Below, piece by piece: positions 50,206 through 62,980 of a DNA stretch of 64,000 bases. The first letter of the stretch is position 1. Each line of letters starts with the position of its first letter. The stretch is from the NCBI RefSeq assembly GCF_009834535.1, contig NC_045696.1, positions 83,950,001 through 84,014,000 on the forward strand, given 5' to 3'. Made by a program: the position numbers and the translations under genes. Source of the stretch: Camelus ferus (lineage: Eukaryota). Below the pieces are notes generated by a model. The model made no database searches. It was given only the letters and a program-made list of their open reading frames with translations, and was not told the DNA's origin.

Positions 50206-52819
50206 TTAAAAATGATGTTGGTGATTGAGCTCCATTAGGGGGCAGTTAGATTTAGAGTTAAAATTATATAGAGAAGTTGTATCTTAGATGCAAAGATCAC
50301 CGTGGCAGGCAAAAATTACTTATATTCAAACTTATTCTTAAAAAAAAAATCACTTAGGAGTTACCACATTGGAGACTAATACAGCTTCAACACAACTTAT
50401 TTTTCCTCTAGCATTAGAATAGAATTACTTTTCCTTTGGAGTGCTGGGTCATGTATTTAACTTGTTATTCAGAGCTCATGTTGGAAAAGAAATATGTACA
50501 TTATGATACAGGAATCACAGTGGGTGAGAGGCATCGTGAGAGGCACTGTGGCTCTAAGTCTGGTGGGGGGAGTAGCAGATCCATATGTTTTATCTCTTTC
50601 ACTCTGGGGCTTGTATACATGGAATGGAATTATGATCACCTGTATATTTCAATAGTTATTTTCCTTTTTTTGTTTTCTTAGAAGAAAATGTCAAGCATGG
50701 CCATTGAATTTGCGTAGGGTAAGTGTATGTATAGTGTGATACAGCTGTGCTCCCTGGAGTTATGTGAAGTGGCAGCTTGACATGTATTTCTTTATGGTCT
50801 GTCTTCCCTGCAAGACTGCACACCCTCAGGGACATGGACTGTATCTGACTTTTCATCTCCGCATCTCCCAGCTAACACTGCTGCTGACTTTGACTGTGCA
50901 GAGCACTGTGCTAGGCGCCAGAAAACGGAAAAGAGTAAAACTTCTGTACAGTGTTTATAATTTAGTGGCTATTAGGGAATGGAAAGGCCATCATATGGGC
51001 ATTTAGCCTTTCTGATTTATTAAGTACTGGCACATGTATCAGTTCATTTGATAATTTTGGTCAGAGCTGATAGAAAGGGGGAAAAGTGGTAGTTTCTCTA
51101 ACTTAATGTCTGGTCCCTGGCACTGAAACATGCCTCTCTGCCTTAATTAACCATGCTGCCTTCAGGATGAACTGGAACTCCAGTGGAGTTTGGAGTTAAG
51201 GAGGGACAAAACGCTAAGACGTTAGTTACACCCCTGCTGCCTTCTTAGACTTTATATGTTTGCTGCAAAAAGAGGCAATTGGGAATGGTAACTGAGTCAG
51301 ACCTGGCCTCCAGACTGGAGCTGCTCCCTATACGAGTTCATGTTGTTGCAAGGCTTTCTTAATTTAATTCCAAAGGATTTTGAATAATGCTGTGGTCTTT
51401 TACTCAAAAGTAGATGCTTGTGGATGCCTTTATAGTAAAATTGGCATTTTGGCAATACTATCAAAACTTGAGAGATTTCTGAGGTCCTGTCTGAATTTTG
51501 GTGTGCTTTGTTGAAAAATGAATTACAGTTTTACAAATGAAGGTTACAGGAGAGGAATCATGTATACAATATAAGCAATTTTATCACTCTATCTCCTTCA
51601 TTTTTTTCTTGTGACTAATAGCATTTTTATTTGAGATCAGTTGGGAGCTGAAGGTGAAGTTAAATGTCATCATCAACATAGAATCTTGTCCTTATTAGCA
51701 CCTCCTCTTAAACAAATGAGCCAGAGTCCATTTATTATCTGGGGATAATAATTTTATCAACATTTGAGTGCCTTTGTGGCAGTGTTTTGGTGCAAAGAAA
51801 TTTGATAAGGTAAAGGAAATACGCGTTGTATACTGTAGAGAACTTTAGGCAATAAGGAGTCATTAAGTTAAATGGTAGACATTTAAGATTATAAGTGATA
51901 CAGAGCAAGTAAGCTTGACCCACGTGGTATAGTCTCTTTACTTGTACTTTCAAGCATAGAGAACATAGGAACAGCATGAGAGCTTAAGTTTAGTTGAATT
52001 TCTAAGGGGTTTTAAAGGAAAGCTTTAGCATTATATTGGAAAAATTAAAACATCACAAATACTAATAAAAAGGAAAATACAAAGATGTACCTCAAACACT
52101 AAATGACTGTTCAGTTAGGCATTCTTTAATTCATGAACCACTAGATTAAGTAAGAACTTTATGGGCAAAAGATGAGCATATTTAAGGGGACAGATTTATT
52201 TCCTGCCTTCCGGCAACTGTTTTCATTTAAATTTTGTTCAGGCCAGAATTTAACAAAAATCTAGGCATTTGAATAGGAAAAAAAAAAGTGAGGATTTCGC
52301 AACTAAAGAGATGTGTACTTTTTTCCTCTGAACCTGTTGTGCAGAAATATCTTACCAGCCAGTTATTATTTCTGTTGTTCCCATTTCCCATCAGCTAATT
52401 CAGAGGTAACAAGCCTTTTGATTATGTTATCTTTTAATTATCCTGTGTAGATTATCTCCCTTTTATGGATTATTTTGAGAAAGTCTTTGATCACATCTTG
52501 ATTTCACTCTGCTACCCAGCCTGCTTCTGGGCCACAGCGTTCTTTATTAAATTAATCTATGTACATTAAGAGAATAAAAAGTAATTTTAACACAGACTTG
52601 GCAAATAGTTTTAAAATGTAAATTTGATTATCACATTCTTTTAGTATTCCTAAACTGTTATTTGCTTTGGGTGATATATGTAACTTTTTGGGTGGCACAA
52701 GTAATTTATTTATGCCTCCATTTTGGCAAGTGGGGGAGAAAAACTTTTAAAAATATACTGTGGAAGTGGCCTTTATGACATTGTGATTTCAGTGTTAGGC
52801 TATCCTTGTGTATGCTATG

Positions 52820-52954
52820 CAGGGGCAGGACTAGACTGAGGCAAGTGAAGGGTCTAGGGTACAGAATTTAAGGAGACACTTGCTATGTCATGCAAGTAAG
52901 AACTAAATTTTGTGCTCTAGGCATTGGGTTTGCCCCACCCTAGTTCCAGTCCTG
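52820..52954. mobile_element. MER96-like hAT (Tip100) MITE with 8-bp TSD
   Basis: Termini caggggcaggactag and ctagttccagtcctg, flanked by atgctatg (52812-52819) and atgccatg (52955-52962). Confidence 0.75.
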
Positions 52955-54319
52955 ATGCCATGTCAGATTCATCAAATCTTAGATAAAGTATCAGTAACTA
53001 ATAATATGAATTAAATGTTTATCAGATACTGTATCAGATACTGTAACAAGTACTTTATATGCATTTTGTACCCTTAATAACCCCATGAGATGAGTTCTTA
53101 AATCAGTGTTTCCAGTGATTTCTCACTGAGTTTAGAGAGATAAATAACTTAAATGATATCACCCACCTGAGCAAAATTCAAACTTAGATCTTTGTTTCAA
53201 ATCTAAGCACTTACCTAATGCTGTCCATCTGTATGTAGAAAAACTTAATTACTTCTTGTCCATTTTATGATTTCTGTATTAAGAAACTACCACCCCAAAA
53301 TATGTAAGTTCTTAACACTGACGTGATGCAGTTAACTTTTAAAGTGAGTGAGTCAGAGGTCTCGGCAACACCAAATGGAAGATCCACCAACTTGTGCTAC
53401 TGAGAACCCTAGGGCGACCTTGAACCAGAGCCACGTTCCATGCTGGCTTTGTAAGCCTCCATACACTCTGCGTGGGGTGCGAGGGTCTTGGCTGTCAGCT
53501 GGCTGACCCATGGAGGACACGAGTGTGGAGGACATGAGGAGCAGGGCAGGTGAGCCTAAAGGCACATCAGTTGGGCAGGCTGACTCGCATGTCCTGTACA
53601 GTAGGTTACAGCAGCTCAGTAGCATATTTTAAAATATGTCACTATTTGTTTAGTTTCTTAATGTGAACTTCTGTGGACTTTCATTTCTAAGTTGTGAAAT
53701 TTGGAGATTGGACTAGATAATACATAGTAATGTACAGTAATGGCTATTTTCCCTTTAAAATTTTAGGGTTTTAGGGCCTTAACATGTAGATCTCGTAAAT
53801 GCATAAGCATGTGACAACAGTACAGATCAGGTTACCGGTATGAGATTGAGATCCGAAACTCTGAATTATGGAAAAAATTTAGGTCCAGGTGTCTTTTGCC
53901 AGCCCTTACCCTTACTATGTGGACCACTCACCTTTGTTCTCACAGTGCTTTGCTCATAATGCTGTGTAGTGATTGTCCTAGAGCAGTGGTTTTCAAATTG
54001 CGGAGAGTGGTGTTTAAGGGCTCCTGTGAGAGGAAGGGCTGATAAACCGTAGTTATTACTTAATACATTTTGTGGATTAATGAACAGTTTAGTGTGTTTT
54101 ATGTCATATTTAGGATCTGATAAAAGAATTTATTTGAAAAACAAAACAGAGTTCTGCCATTCTAAGGAGGTTTACAATCACTTATCTTCCTCCATTTATC
54201 TGGTTTTTAAGAGTCCTTGACCCCCCTGCCGAGATGATTGTATAGAGGACCTGACTTATAGAAAGAGATCTTATCATCCTAGATTAAAATGTAATTAATC
54301 TGATATCTAATATTAAATA

Positions 54320-54530
54320 GTTACTGTGTGCTATGTACTGTTTTCAGTGCTTTATCTGTGATAACTTGTTTAATCTTCACAACCTTAAGAGACAAATACT
54401 GTTATTATTCTCATTTCATAGATGAGAAGATTGTTGAATAGAGAAATTAGATAACTTACCCCAGGTCACACAACTAATGCGTGGTAGATGCAGAATTGAG
54501 TTCAAGCAAGACTGGTTCTAGAATCACTAT
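54320..54530 (-). mobile_element. MIR SINE relic
   Basis: tttaatcttcacaacctt...attctcatttcatagatgagaaga...taacttaccccaggtcacaca. Confidence 0.8.
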
Positions 54531-54579
54531 GCTTCTTCCTCATCTCTCTAATGACAGTGCTAGCAGTGTTGGCTAACTA

Positions 54580-55182
54580 CAGTGGTCCCCGCTTGCCTAT
54601 GGGGGTAGGTTCCAGGACCCCTAGTGAATGCCTGAAACTACAGATAGTACTGAACCCCACATGTACACGTTTTTTCCCTATACATACATATTTGTGGTAA
54701 AGTTTAACTTACAAATTAGCAAGAGATTAGCAATCACTAATAATAAAATAAAGCGATTACAACAATGCATTTTAATAAAGTTATGTGAATGTGATCTCTC
54801 TCCAAGTGTCTTATTGTACTGTACTTACCCTTCTTATGATGCTGTGGGATAATAAAATGCCTACATGATAAGATGAAGTGAAATGATGTAGGCATTGTGA
54901 TGTAGTGTTAGGCTACTGTTGACCTTCTGACGATACATCAGGAGACTCATCTGCCTCTGCGGATCCTGGTTTATCAAGCCATGATGTCCACAGGTGGGTG
55001 TCAGGAGCAGACCGTGTCTGTGGTTGAGGATCTCAGGGTGGAGGGTATGAGGTCACATCATGCTGCTCAGAATGGCGAGCAGTTTAAAACGTATGAATTT
55101 CTGGAATTTTCCGTTTAATGTTTTTGGATCGTGGTTGACCTAGAGTAAATGCAACTGTGGATAAGTGGGGGGGGGGACACTA
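54580..55182 (-). mobile_element. MER44/Tigger7-like TcMar DNA transposon, both ends present
   Basis: TA|cagtggtccccgcttg...ttccaggacccctagtgaatgcctgaaac ... gtggataagtggggggggggacacta|TA; TIRs plus TA target duplication. Confidence 0.85.
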
Positions 55183-58100
55183 TAATTAACAACAGTCCTA
55201 TCCCCATTTCCTTTTAGGTAACCTTGTGGATTTTGATGTCTGTCTTAGAACTTTAATCCTCTAGAAAGATAAACTAAGTTTTAAATGACTGATTTATAAA
55301 TATATGTTTAGAATCAAGTCTGCTTATTAGTTAAGAAACACCTGTGAGAGATGTATGGAGCTTAACAAAGAATGATAACTGGAGTTCAATTTAGAGACCT
55401 TTTACATTTTAGGGATTTTTCCTTCATGGGTCATTGTACTCTAATTTGCCACTGTTAACTGTTTTCAGAAACATCCTAACTCAACTTTCAGATGGTGTTT
55501 TAGTTAGAACCTATGTTACTTCTTAATAACTCTGCAAATGCTTGTTTGGTCAGTCATGTTTACAGAGATATTGAAGATTATATCTTTTTTACCTTGTTTT
55601 AAAAAAAAACAGCTGATGATGTCATATTCTTGGAAATTGTGGTATAAACGGGAGGTGCCTTTACAAATTGGAGTTTAGATCTTCCAAAGAAGTGACAATT
55701 CATTGTGGGATGTTTACTTTCTTTGAATAGTTATTTAAAAGTGCAAAAATACAGTGCTTAGTAACTTAAAGTCATGTAACATAGGGGCTTTATGGTTTGA
55801 TTTAGAAATTACCTCATCTTTTAATCTAATTATATCTCCTTCTAGTATACAGCTCAGTTTTGGTCCATCTTAAAGAATAAAGTGACTTGCTCTGAGACAA
55901 GATGGTTTAGAATGGCAGTACCAGGATTTGAGCCCATATTTTCAGACCTTAATTCTTATACGCTCTTTATTTGTATCTCTGCACAGATTGTTCACTTATT
56001 ATTTTGGGGAAGCCTAGAAAAAATTTGATATATATAAACAAATACAGCAGCAAATTGTCACTTACAATTAAGAAGAGATTGTCTCTTGATGTCCCTAAAT
56101 GCAAACTTCTATGGATACTAAACTGGCAGTAGTGCATGTTCAGGGCAGTTGAGTTCCATATTACCTTAAAAAAAAAAATAACTATAGAATGGAGGACCTT
56201 GAATTATAGAAAAATATAACTTGCAGAAGAAGGAGAGAGATGAAGGTTTCAAGTTCATTTTGGTCTAGGTAGGATCTCCTGCCCTATTCCTCTGCCTGTC
56301 CTTTTCCTAGCTGCTTCCTCTAAACCTTTTGTCTCTTGTTTGGAATTGGCTACAACATTTTGACATGGGAAGGCCCTAAAAGGTAGGGTGTGATATCAGA
56401 TATCCATCTTTCCAGCTATGTGGATTGGCCAGACTGATCTGAACCCACCTTGGAACAAATTCAGTTTCCCTAGAAGCCTGATGAGTCTGATTAGTGATGT
56501 CATATGCTTGAGAGAAAAGGCAAGGGGTTGTCAGTCATTGAAGAGGGTCCCCTTGTTAGAAATCTTAAATAGTTTTTATGATCTGATGAGACCTTTTTCT
56601 TTTCTTTTTTTTTTTTAATTTCCCAAAACATTACTTTGGAACTATAGTAGATACTAGCAATAAAATTTTATCATCACTGAATTTTAGTTAAAATGGCCTT
56701 TAAGATGATATTTTTACCCATTTTCTGTTTCTGATGAGGAAACAAGGCCAGTGATTAAGTATAACTTCTACAAAATTAGGACCAAAAACCCCTGTCTCAG
56801 GTGCTTAGTAAAATTTAATTTTACCCGTGTCTTTGAGACTGGCCTTAGCAGCTAGTTTTTCTGATTCTAGCCCTTGTTCTTTTCATACCAGTGATTTCTA
56901 ACTTGTCCTGTTCACAAAAATCATTTGGCCTTGCTGCTAAAAGTACAGCTTTCTTGACCCTTAGAGATTCTGATTAAGTAGTCTTGGGAATTTGTGTTTT
57001 TAATAGGCCCTGAAGTGGTGGTGATGGCTTAGGTCATTGAGCATTTAGAAACTGCAGCACTCTTCCACTCTTTGTCATAGAGAAAGTTTTGCTTTCTGCT
57101 TAAAGCTTGATAAATTTTTGGATTTTGCTTATGTGTAAAGCAAGGTTAACTGATGTTGGAAATGCTTGCATTTTGAGGATTTTGTGAACTATTAAATTAT
57201 GCACCAGTTGTGTCCCTGGGATCACATCCTAGCAGCCTTAATGAAATTGAGACATGGGAATTTATAATCTCTGACTTTCATTTTTCTTTGGTTTTCATGT
57301 AAATGTCTGTTGGAGTTATCTGGTGCTTATATTCTCTTAGCTTATTATAGTAGGAAGAGGTTGAGGTAGCAAAAAGAGGTAAAAACTGGTAAATGTAACT
57401 GGGTCCAGACTTTGTTAATAAAATTAATTAGATTCCTTAGATTTTGTTTTGCTAGGCTTGATATTTGAAAAGTATTAGCAAGACTGATTCGACTTTCAAA
57501 TTGTCCATCTCTTATCTCATTAAGTTATTCATTCAGCAAACAGTTATTACATGTCTGCTATGTACCTGCTATGCTGACTGTACTGTCTCTATTAGGAAAA
57601 AGAAATACACTTATAAATTGTAACTCACGGATTCTGCTTACTGCTGGAATAAATAAACGTCTTTTAGCTAAAGATCGTGGGCAGGTTGGAGATCCAACAA
57701 AAATAAATAGAACTCCTCTTTAGGGAGGGAAATGAAAGGAATTATAAGAATTTAGGACCATATAAGGGGGCTGAGTACTAGATTTGACTATAGGGAAAAA
57801 CAGGACAAATAGACCTGTGTACAAACATTTTTTTAAGTGTAGAATTTACTTTACTTCTGAAGCTTCTGTTTCTCCCCCAGAACTGTGTACATCAGTACCA
57901 AGATTTCCATTTGTCTATTCATTGAATATGTGAGTAAATAGTTTGGCTCTGTTGTCCCCCAGATGGAGTAAAGGAAGACTGTTTCAGGAAGTGCTGATTC
58001 TGAGCGCTGAGATACACCAGAGGTGCAGTTCTTTAAATGAACAGACCTCCTGTTAGACAGTTCCGGGTGGAAACTCCTAAGACTAAGAGTTTGGCATTGG

Positions 58101-60169
58101 ACTGGTTTGGAGTAATTGCAGGTTGTCCACTGAACCGTTTGAAATGAAGAAGCATGTAGAAGGAATGACAGCATATTTTAACTTGAAGTTGAACTAAAAT
58201 TGGCGGAATAATTTAATATTTAAAAAGCCATATTGAAATCTCATATAAACACTAATGAAACTGTGTGTGGGCCCAATTTGTGAATATGTGTTCTGAAAAG
58301 TTCAGATATAAATTGGTTCTTTGGAATATTTTCCCATAGGAACAATATTAAAAGGTGGTTAAGTATGGAGTGGCCCAACCACCTATATATAGCCCATAAT
58401 GTTGCTATAATATTGTCTTTTTGATGGTAAATAGTAGCTGATAGTACTATAAAGTTAGCTTTAGAGGCAAGAAATTAATATATATGTATATATATACACA
58501 CAGAGACAATTAATTTAAATCATAAATATTTTAAATGAATATTTCCTGACATGGTACAATGCTACTTATTAAGCAAATTTTTTTTTTAATTTAATGCCAG
58601 CATTTAAAAAGGTGAAAATGAAGTGTTTGGGCAGGTTTAGTTGGGTAGAGATAGGTAGATGTCAGCAGGAATTCTGAAGGTGACCCTAGCCATTTTACTG
58701 GTCCCTTCAACTCTGCCTTTATATATGCAGGGATAGGCACCTGGGTTCAAAAGAGTAAAAAACAGAAATGATCCCATTGAGCCTACTTCAGTATTTTATC
58801 TCCTTTAATATTTCACCTACTTTTTGCTGAGATTCTTGAAAACTGAGATTCCTCTCTCACGAGCTCACCATCTCAGCCTCTCAGGTAGTGCCCTCCCCCA
58901 GTATGCAAGTGACATTACTCTTTGAGCATTACTTTTGACCTCATCAGGAAATCAAGTAATTTTTTTTAAGTTGTTGTCCAGGTTCCAGAGCATCTAAACC
59001 TTCTGTCTTCTCTTTGAAACACCTGGTTTTTGTGATGCTGGTTCTCTCATCCATTTCTCTGATAGTAGGGTAGCACCTGACTTCTCCCTTACATGTATTC
59101 ACAATTATTCATCACTGTCCTTCCACAGTATAAGCTCCATGAGGTCTTGTTTTGTTCACCGCTCTGTATTTAGTACTAGGCTTCATATCGTATAGGTAGT
59201 CAATAAATATTTGTTAAATAAATAAAAGATTTTTTTTCTGTCATCCAGTGAAATAGTTCTTCAAGTTCTGTTGTTGGCCCTGTACTGCTGTTTTTCTCTT
59301 GTTTTTTTTTATAGGTACCAGTGCCTTTTATTACTACCTATACTGTACATCCAGTATCCATCATTTTCATTTTTGACTAATATCACAGCATTTCAGCCCC
59401 TCTTCCTTGTTCCAAGTTTATTATGAAAAGGTATGCATAGTTTATTTCTAAGTGGAAAAGCAGATTGCCTGTTGGTTATTAAGTAGTCAAATAGGAACTG
59501 CAAGGCCACGATTGATACTTACCTGCTTCCTCTTGCTTATTATTCAGATCCTGTTGATCTTTTATGTAGATATACGAGGTCTCTTAAGTCTTCCCTGCCT
59601 TCAGCCTCTGTTCCTCCACTCTATCCTTATTGCTATGACCAAAACAGTCTACTTAAATATGAATGGTCTCACCAGGTATTGGCTTTGTCTTGTCCTATAG
59701 AATAAAATTTAGGAATTGGCCTTTTTTTCCTTTTATTTATTTTTTATTTAATTATTTGGTTCTGTGAAGTCAGGAAGCAGAGTTAAGCTCTTAAACAGGA
59801 AAAACTTTCAGAAATAGGACTAAACTGTTGCAGTAGGGGTTGAATTCCCCTTTGCTGGTAGGGGTATGGAAGAGTAGTAAGCAGCTCTAAAATGGGACAG
59901 GTTCTTAGAGTTTATTTAAGCTGTTGAGTACTACCCTTTGATTGTATCTTTCCTACTGCTTAGGTCTTTCACTGTCTGGCTCAGATAAATTTTTGATGAT
60001 TAGAACCACGTCTTTTTCATCTCCCACTGCATCTTGCATGTAGTGGGTGCTAAGCATACATTTATTCAGTGAATGAATAACTTCTGGGTATTTTCTTGGG
60101 TAGAGAGCTGGGGTTCTTGGTTTTCACTTCAAACTTTGTTTTCTGATTTGGGAATATCAGATCTGGATT

Positions 60170-60350
60170 TAGCGCACTGGGATCAAGTCTTGGGCCTCTA
60201 CGTGTATGATCTTGGGCAAGTTATCATCTCTGAGTCTGCTTTTTCATCTGTAAAATTAGAATAACGGTTACTGTAAAGTAATTTATTGGAAGAACTAAAT
60301 GCATGTGAAAGATGTTTTATAATCTGAAAATACTTCACAAATGATAGGAA
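60170..60350 (+). mobile_element. MIR SINE relic
   Basis: atcttgggcaagttatcatctctgagtctgctttttcatctgtaaaatt. Confidence 0.75.
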
Positions 60351-61270
60351 TTATTCAAAATTGATGACTTTTTATTTAACAAATTAATATATATCATTTA
60401 ATACGTAGGTATATTGCTACTATTACTCTTTATAATTAGGCTCATTTTTCACTCTAGCAAAGGAATTAAATACAGTTGCTTTCTGTTAAAAAACAACACA
60501 CTTCCTCAACTCCTCAAGGCAAAATTTCTCTCTTACAGTGTTGAATTCTTGATACTTTATTTACAAACTATGAGTGTGGATTTTTCTTCTTAGTTTTTGT
60601 GTCAGATTTGAACAAAGATTCAGAAAGTTTCAAAAAAAATTTTACCATTGGCAAAATTAAATAATATTAAATAAATTGACTAAGTAAATTTTTTTCCCCA
60701 AATAGATCACATTTGGTAGAATTTTCCCAATTGTAAAATTTGCCTTAAATCTTTGGTGCTTGCTATTTTTTTGCTGTTGTTTTTTAGGTGACAAATCAAT
60801 GAACAGTTAGCAAAAGGATTTTAATGAAAATGTTAAACACCTTAATTTTTTATCCTTAATTCTTTAATTTGGTTCTTTATGCACATTTATATAACACATT
60901 TCATAGTTATAAGTTCATATTATAAATCTTGTTATACATTTTCCTAGGTTATATATAATGAAATTAGATATGTCGTTATTGGATAGTGCTTCATAGAGTA
61001 CTCTGTCTGAATTCAAGATGAGTGGGTTTGTGAATCACCACTTTGTGAACTGAAGTAGTATCTAATGAGGGAGATTAGCTGTAAGAAAGGGCAGTTCTTG
61101 AGTCCGAGGAGGAAACAGGAGATGTCTCACTGACGAGGGTTGCTTTCACAAGTAAGGTATATTAACAAATGAGCTTTTTATAAGATAGGGACTCTAATTT
61201 GGAAAAGAAAGTAGTTTCCCCTTAATATAGTAAATCTCTGTTCTTTCTTTCCCTTTAACCAGGTCAGTAT

Positions 61271-61327
61271 ATGTTTTGTGCCCTATTCTTTTATCACAAA
61301 AAAGAGAAGAAAGACTGCAGTGAATGA
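61271..61327 (+). other. uORF1 in PDCD10 5'UTR (MFCALFFYHKKEKKDCSE*)
   Basis: ATG at 61271, open for 18 codons to TGA at 61325-61327. Translation is not demonstrated. Confidence 0.55.
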
Positions 61328-61377
61328 AGATTCTTCTGCATTTTAGCACTGCTTTTTCTACTGTAGTTGGCTTTTGA
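61324..61377 (+). other. uORF2 in PDCD10 5'UTR (MKILLHFSTAFSTVVGF*), in frame with and abutting the main ATG
   Basis: ATG at 61324, 17 codons, TGA at 61375-61377, immediately followed by ATG at 61378. Confidence 0.7.
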
Positions 61378-61482
<105 letters not shown>

Positions 61483-61529
61483 TAAATGTTTCTTCATACA
61501 GTCTCTGCAATTCCTTAATGTCTGCTTCA

Positions 61530-61925
61530 TTTATTCACTTGTTTGTTTGTTCCTTCATATAGCAAATACTTATATAAATGGATTCCATCTATGTGTTAGG
61601 CGTTGTGCCAGGGTTAGACATAAAACAGTGGGGAAAAAACCCTAATGTACTGCTCCCCCTCTGGAGGTTTCACTATAGTGGGAGAAAGGGACATTGAACA
61701 AAAGAATATAAGTAATTATGTAAATGAGAAGTTGTGATAAGTGCTATGAAGTTTAAAAAAATAAAAAGTGTGTTTAAAATAGCAGGTGGGACCTATTTTA
61801 GGGGCCAAGACAGGCCTCACTGGAAAAAGAAACATATGCTAACATCTGAAAGAGATAAATAAGGGTTAGAGTGTTGAAGGGTTGGGGATTAGCACATTTT
61901 AGGTAGCCAGAAGAGCAGGCACAAA
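61530..61925 (-). mobile_element. L2 3' end, reversed
   Basis: atctatgtgttaggcgttgtgccaggg...gtgataagtgctatgaag...aggcctcactggaaaa. Confidence 0.7.
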
Positions 61926-62589
61926 AATATCCTAATGAGTATAGTCAGTAGTGACTAAATACAATTTTATGGATAAATGGAAAGTACCATTGCTTTGTAT
62001 CTAGAGAAGATGTAGTTGCTTTTAATTTGAGGGATTTTCTAGGACTTATAATAACATCAATACATTTTAGGTTGTTTTTTTTTTTTTTAAGTGAATATTC
62101 GTATGCCAAAGTATGTAGAGAATTTTAGAACTGGAAGTTCTTTAGAGATAATTACTCCCTTCTTTTTAATAGTGGACTGAGGTCCTGATATGTGAAATTA
62201 TTTTTCTGAAATACCTAGGATAAAGTCTAGGACTCCAAATTCAGTGGCTTTAGCCTTTTGTCTATTAAATTAGGTTGGTTGGTTTGTTTTGCTATTGTAC
62301 TATTCTAATGAAAGCTATCAGTGGAGTTAACCTTATTGTTGCTACTAACTCCTGAAAGCTCTCACCGTTTGCTATGACGTTTCATCCCTTTTTGTGAAGT
62401 ATTTATATTAGGGTAAGTTTCAGGGTTTCAAAACCATTTCTCCCACATTATTAGGTTTAATAATGTATTTGATGTATTTTATGGTCTTAAGTCTTGGGGA
62501 CAGTAGAGAGTGATTCATCTTCTTCAACTTGAGAACCACAGACTTAGTTGCCATTTCAGACATACATTTTGGAATTTCAGATGCTGTCT

Positions 62590-62980
62590 ATCAAATCATT
62601 TTGGGTTCAGTGAGCACAAGAAAATTCTAAACAGTGACTTGGGTAAAAAATTTCTTTCTTTACATAAAAAATTCTGGAGGTAAGTGGTTCAGGGCCAATA
62701 ACATCAGAAACTCAGGTTCCTGTCTTCTGTCTCATCATCCCAGTGCTTGTCTTCCATTGTCAAGGTCATTTCAGCTTGTGAGATGGCTGCTGAAGCTCCA
62801 TCCCTATGTCCTGAGTTGTTGTCTAGAAGGAGCCAAAAATGGAGCAAGGGGTGGGGTGTTACTTCCAGCTGATTCAGCCTCCTTTTTCAAAGTCCTGCGC
62901 AAGACTTCCATTTACATCTCATTGGCAAGAACTTAGATTTATAACCACACCTAGCTGCCAAGGAGGTTGGGAAATTTAGA
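62590..62980 (-). mobile_element. MLT1-type (ERVL-MaLR) LTR relic
   Basis: gatggctgctgaagctcca...acatctcattggcaagaacttag...ccacacctagctgccaaggaggttgggaaat. Confidence 0.75.
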
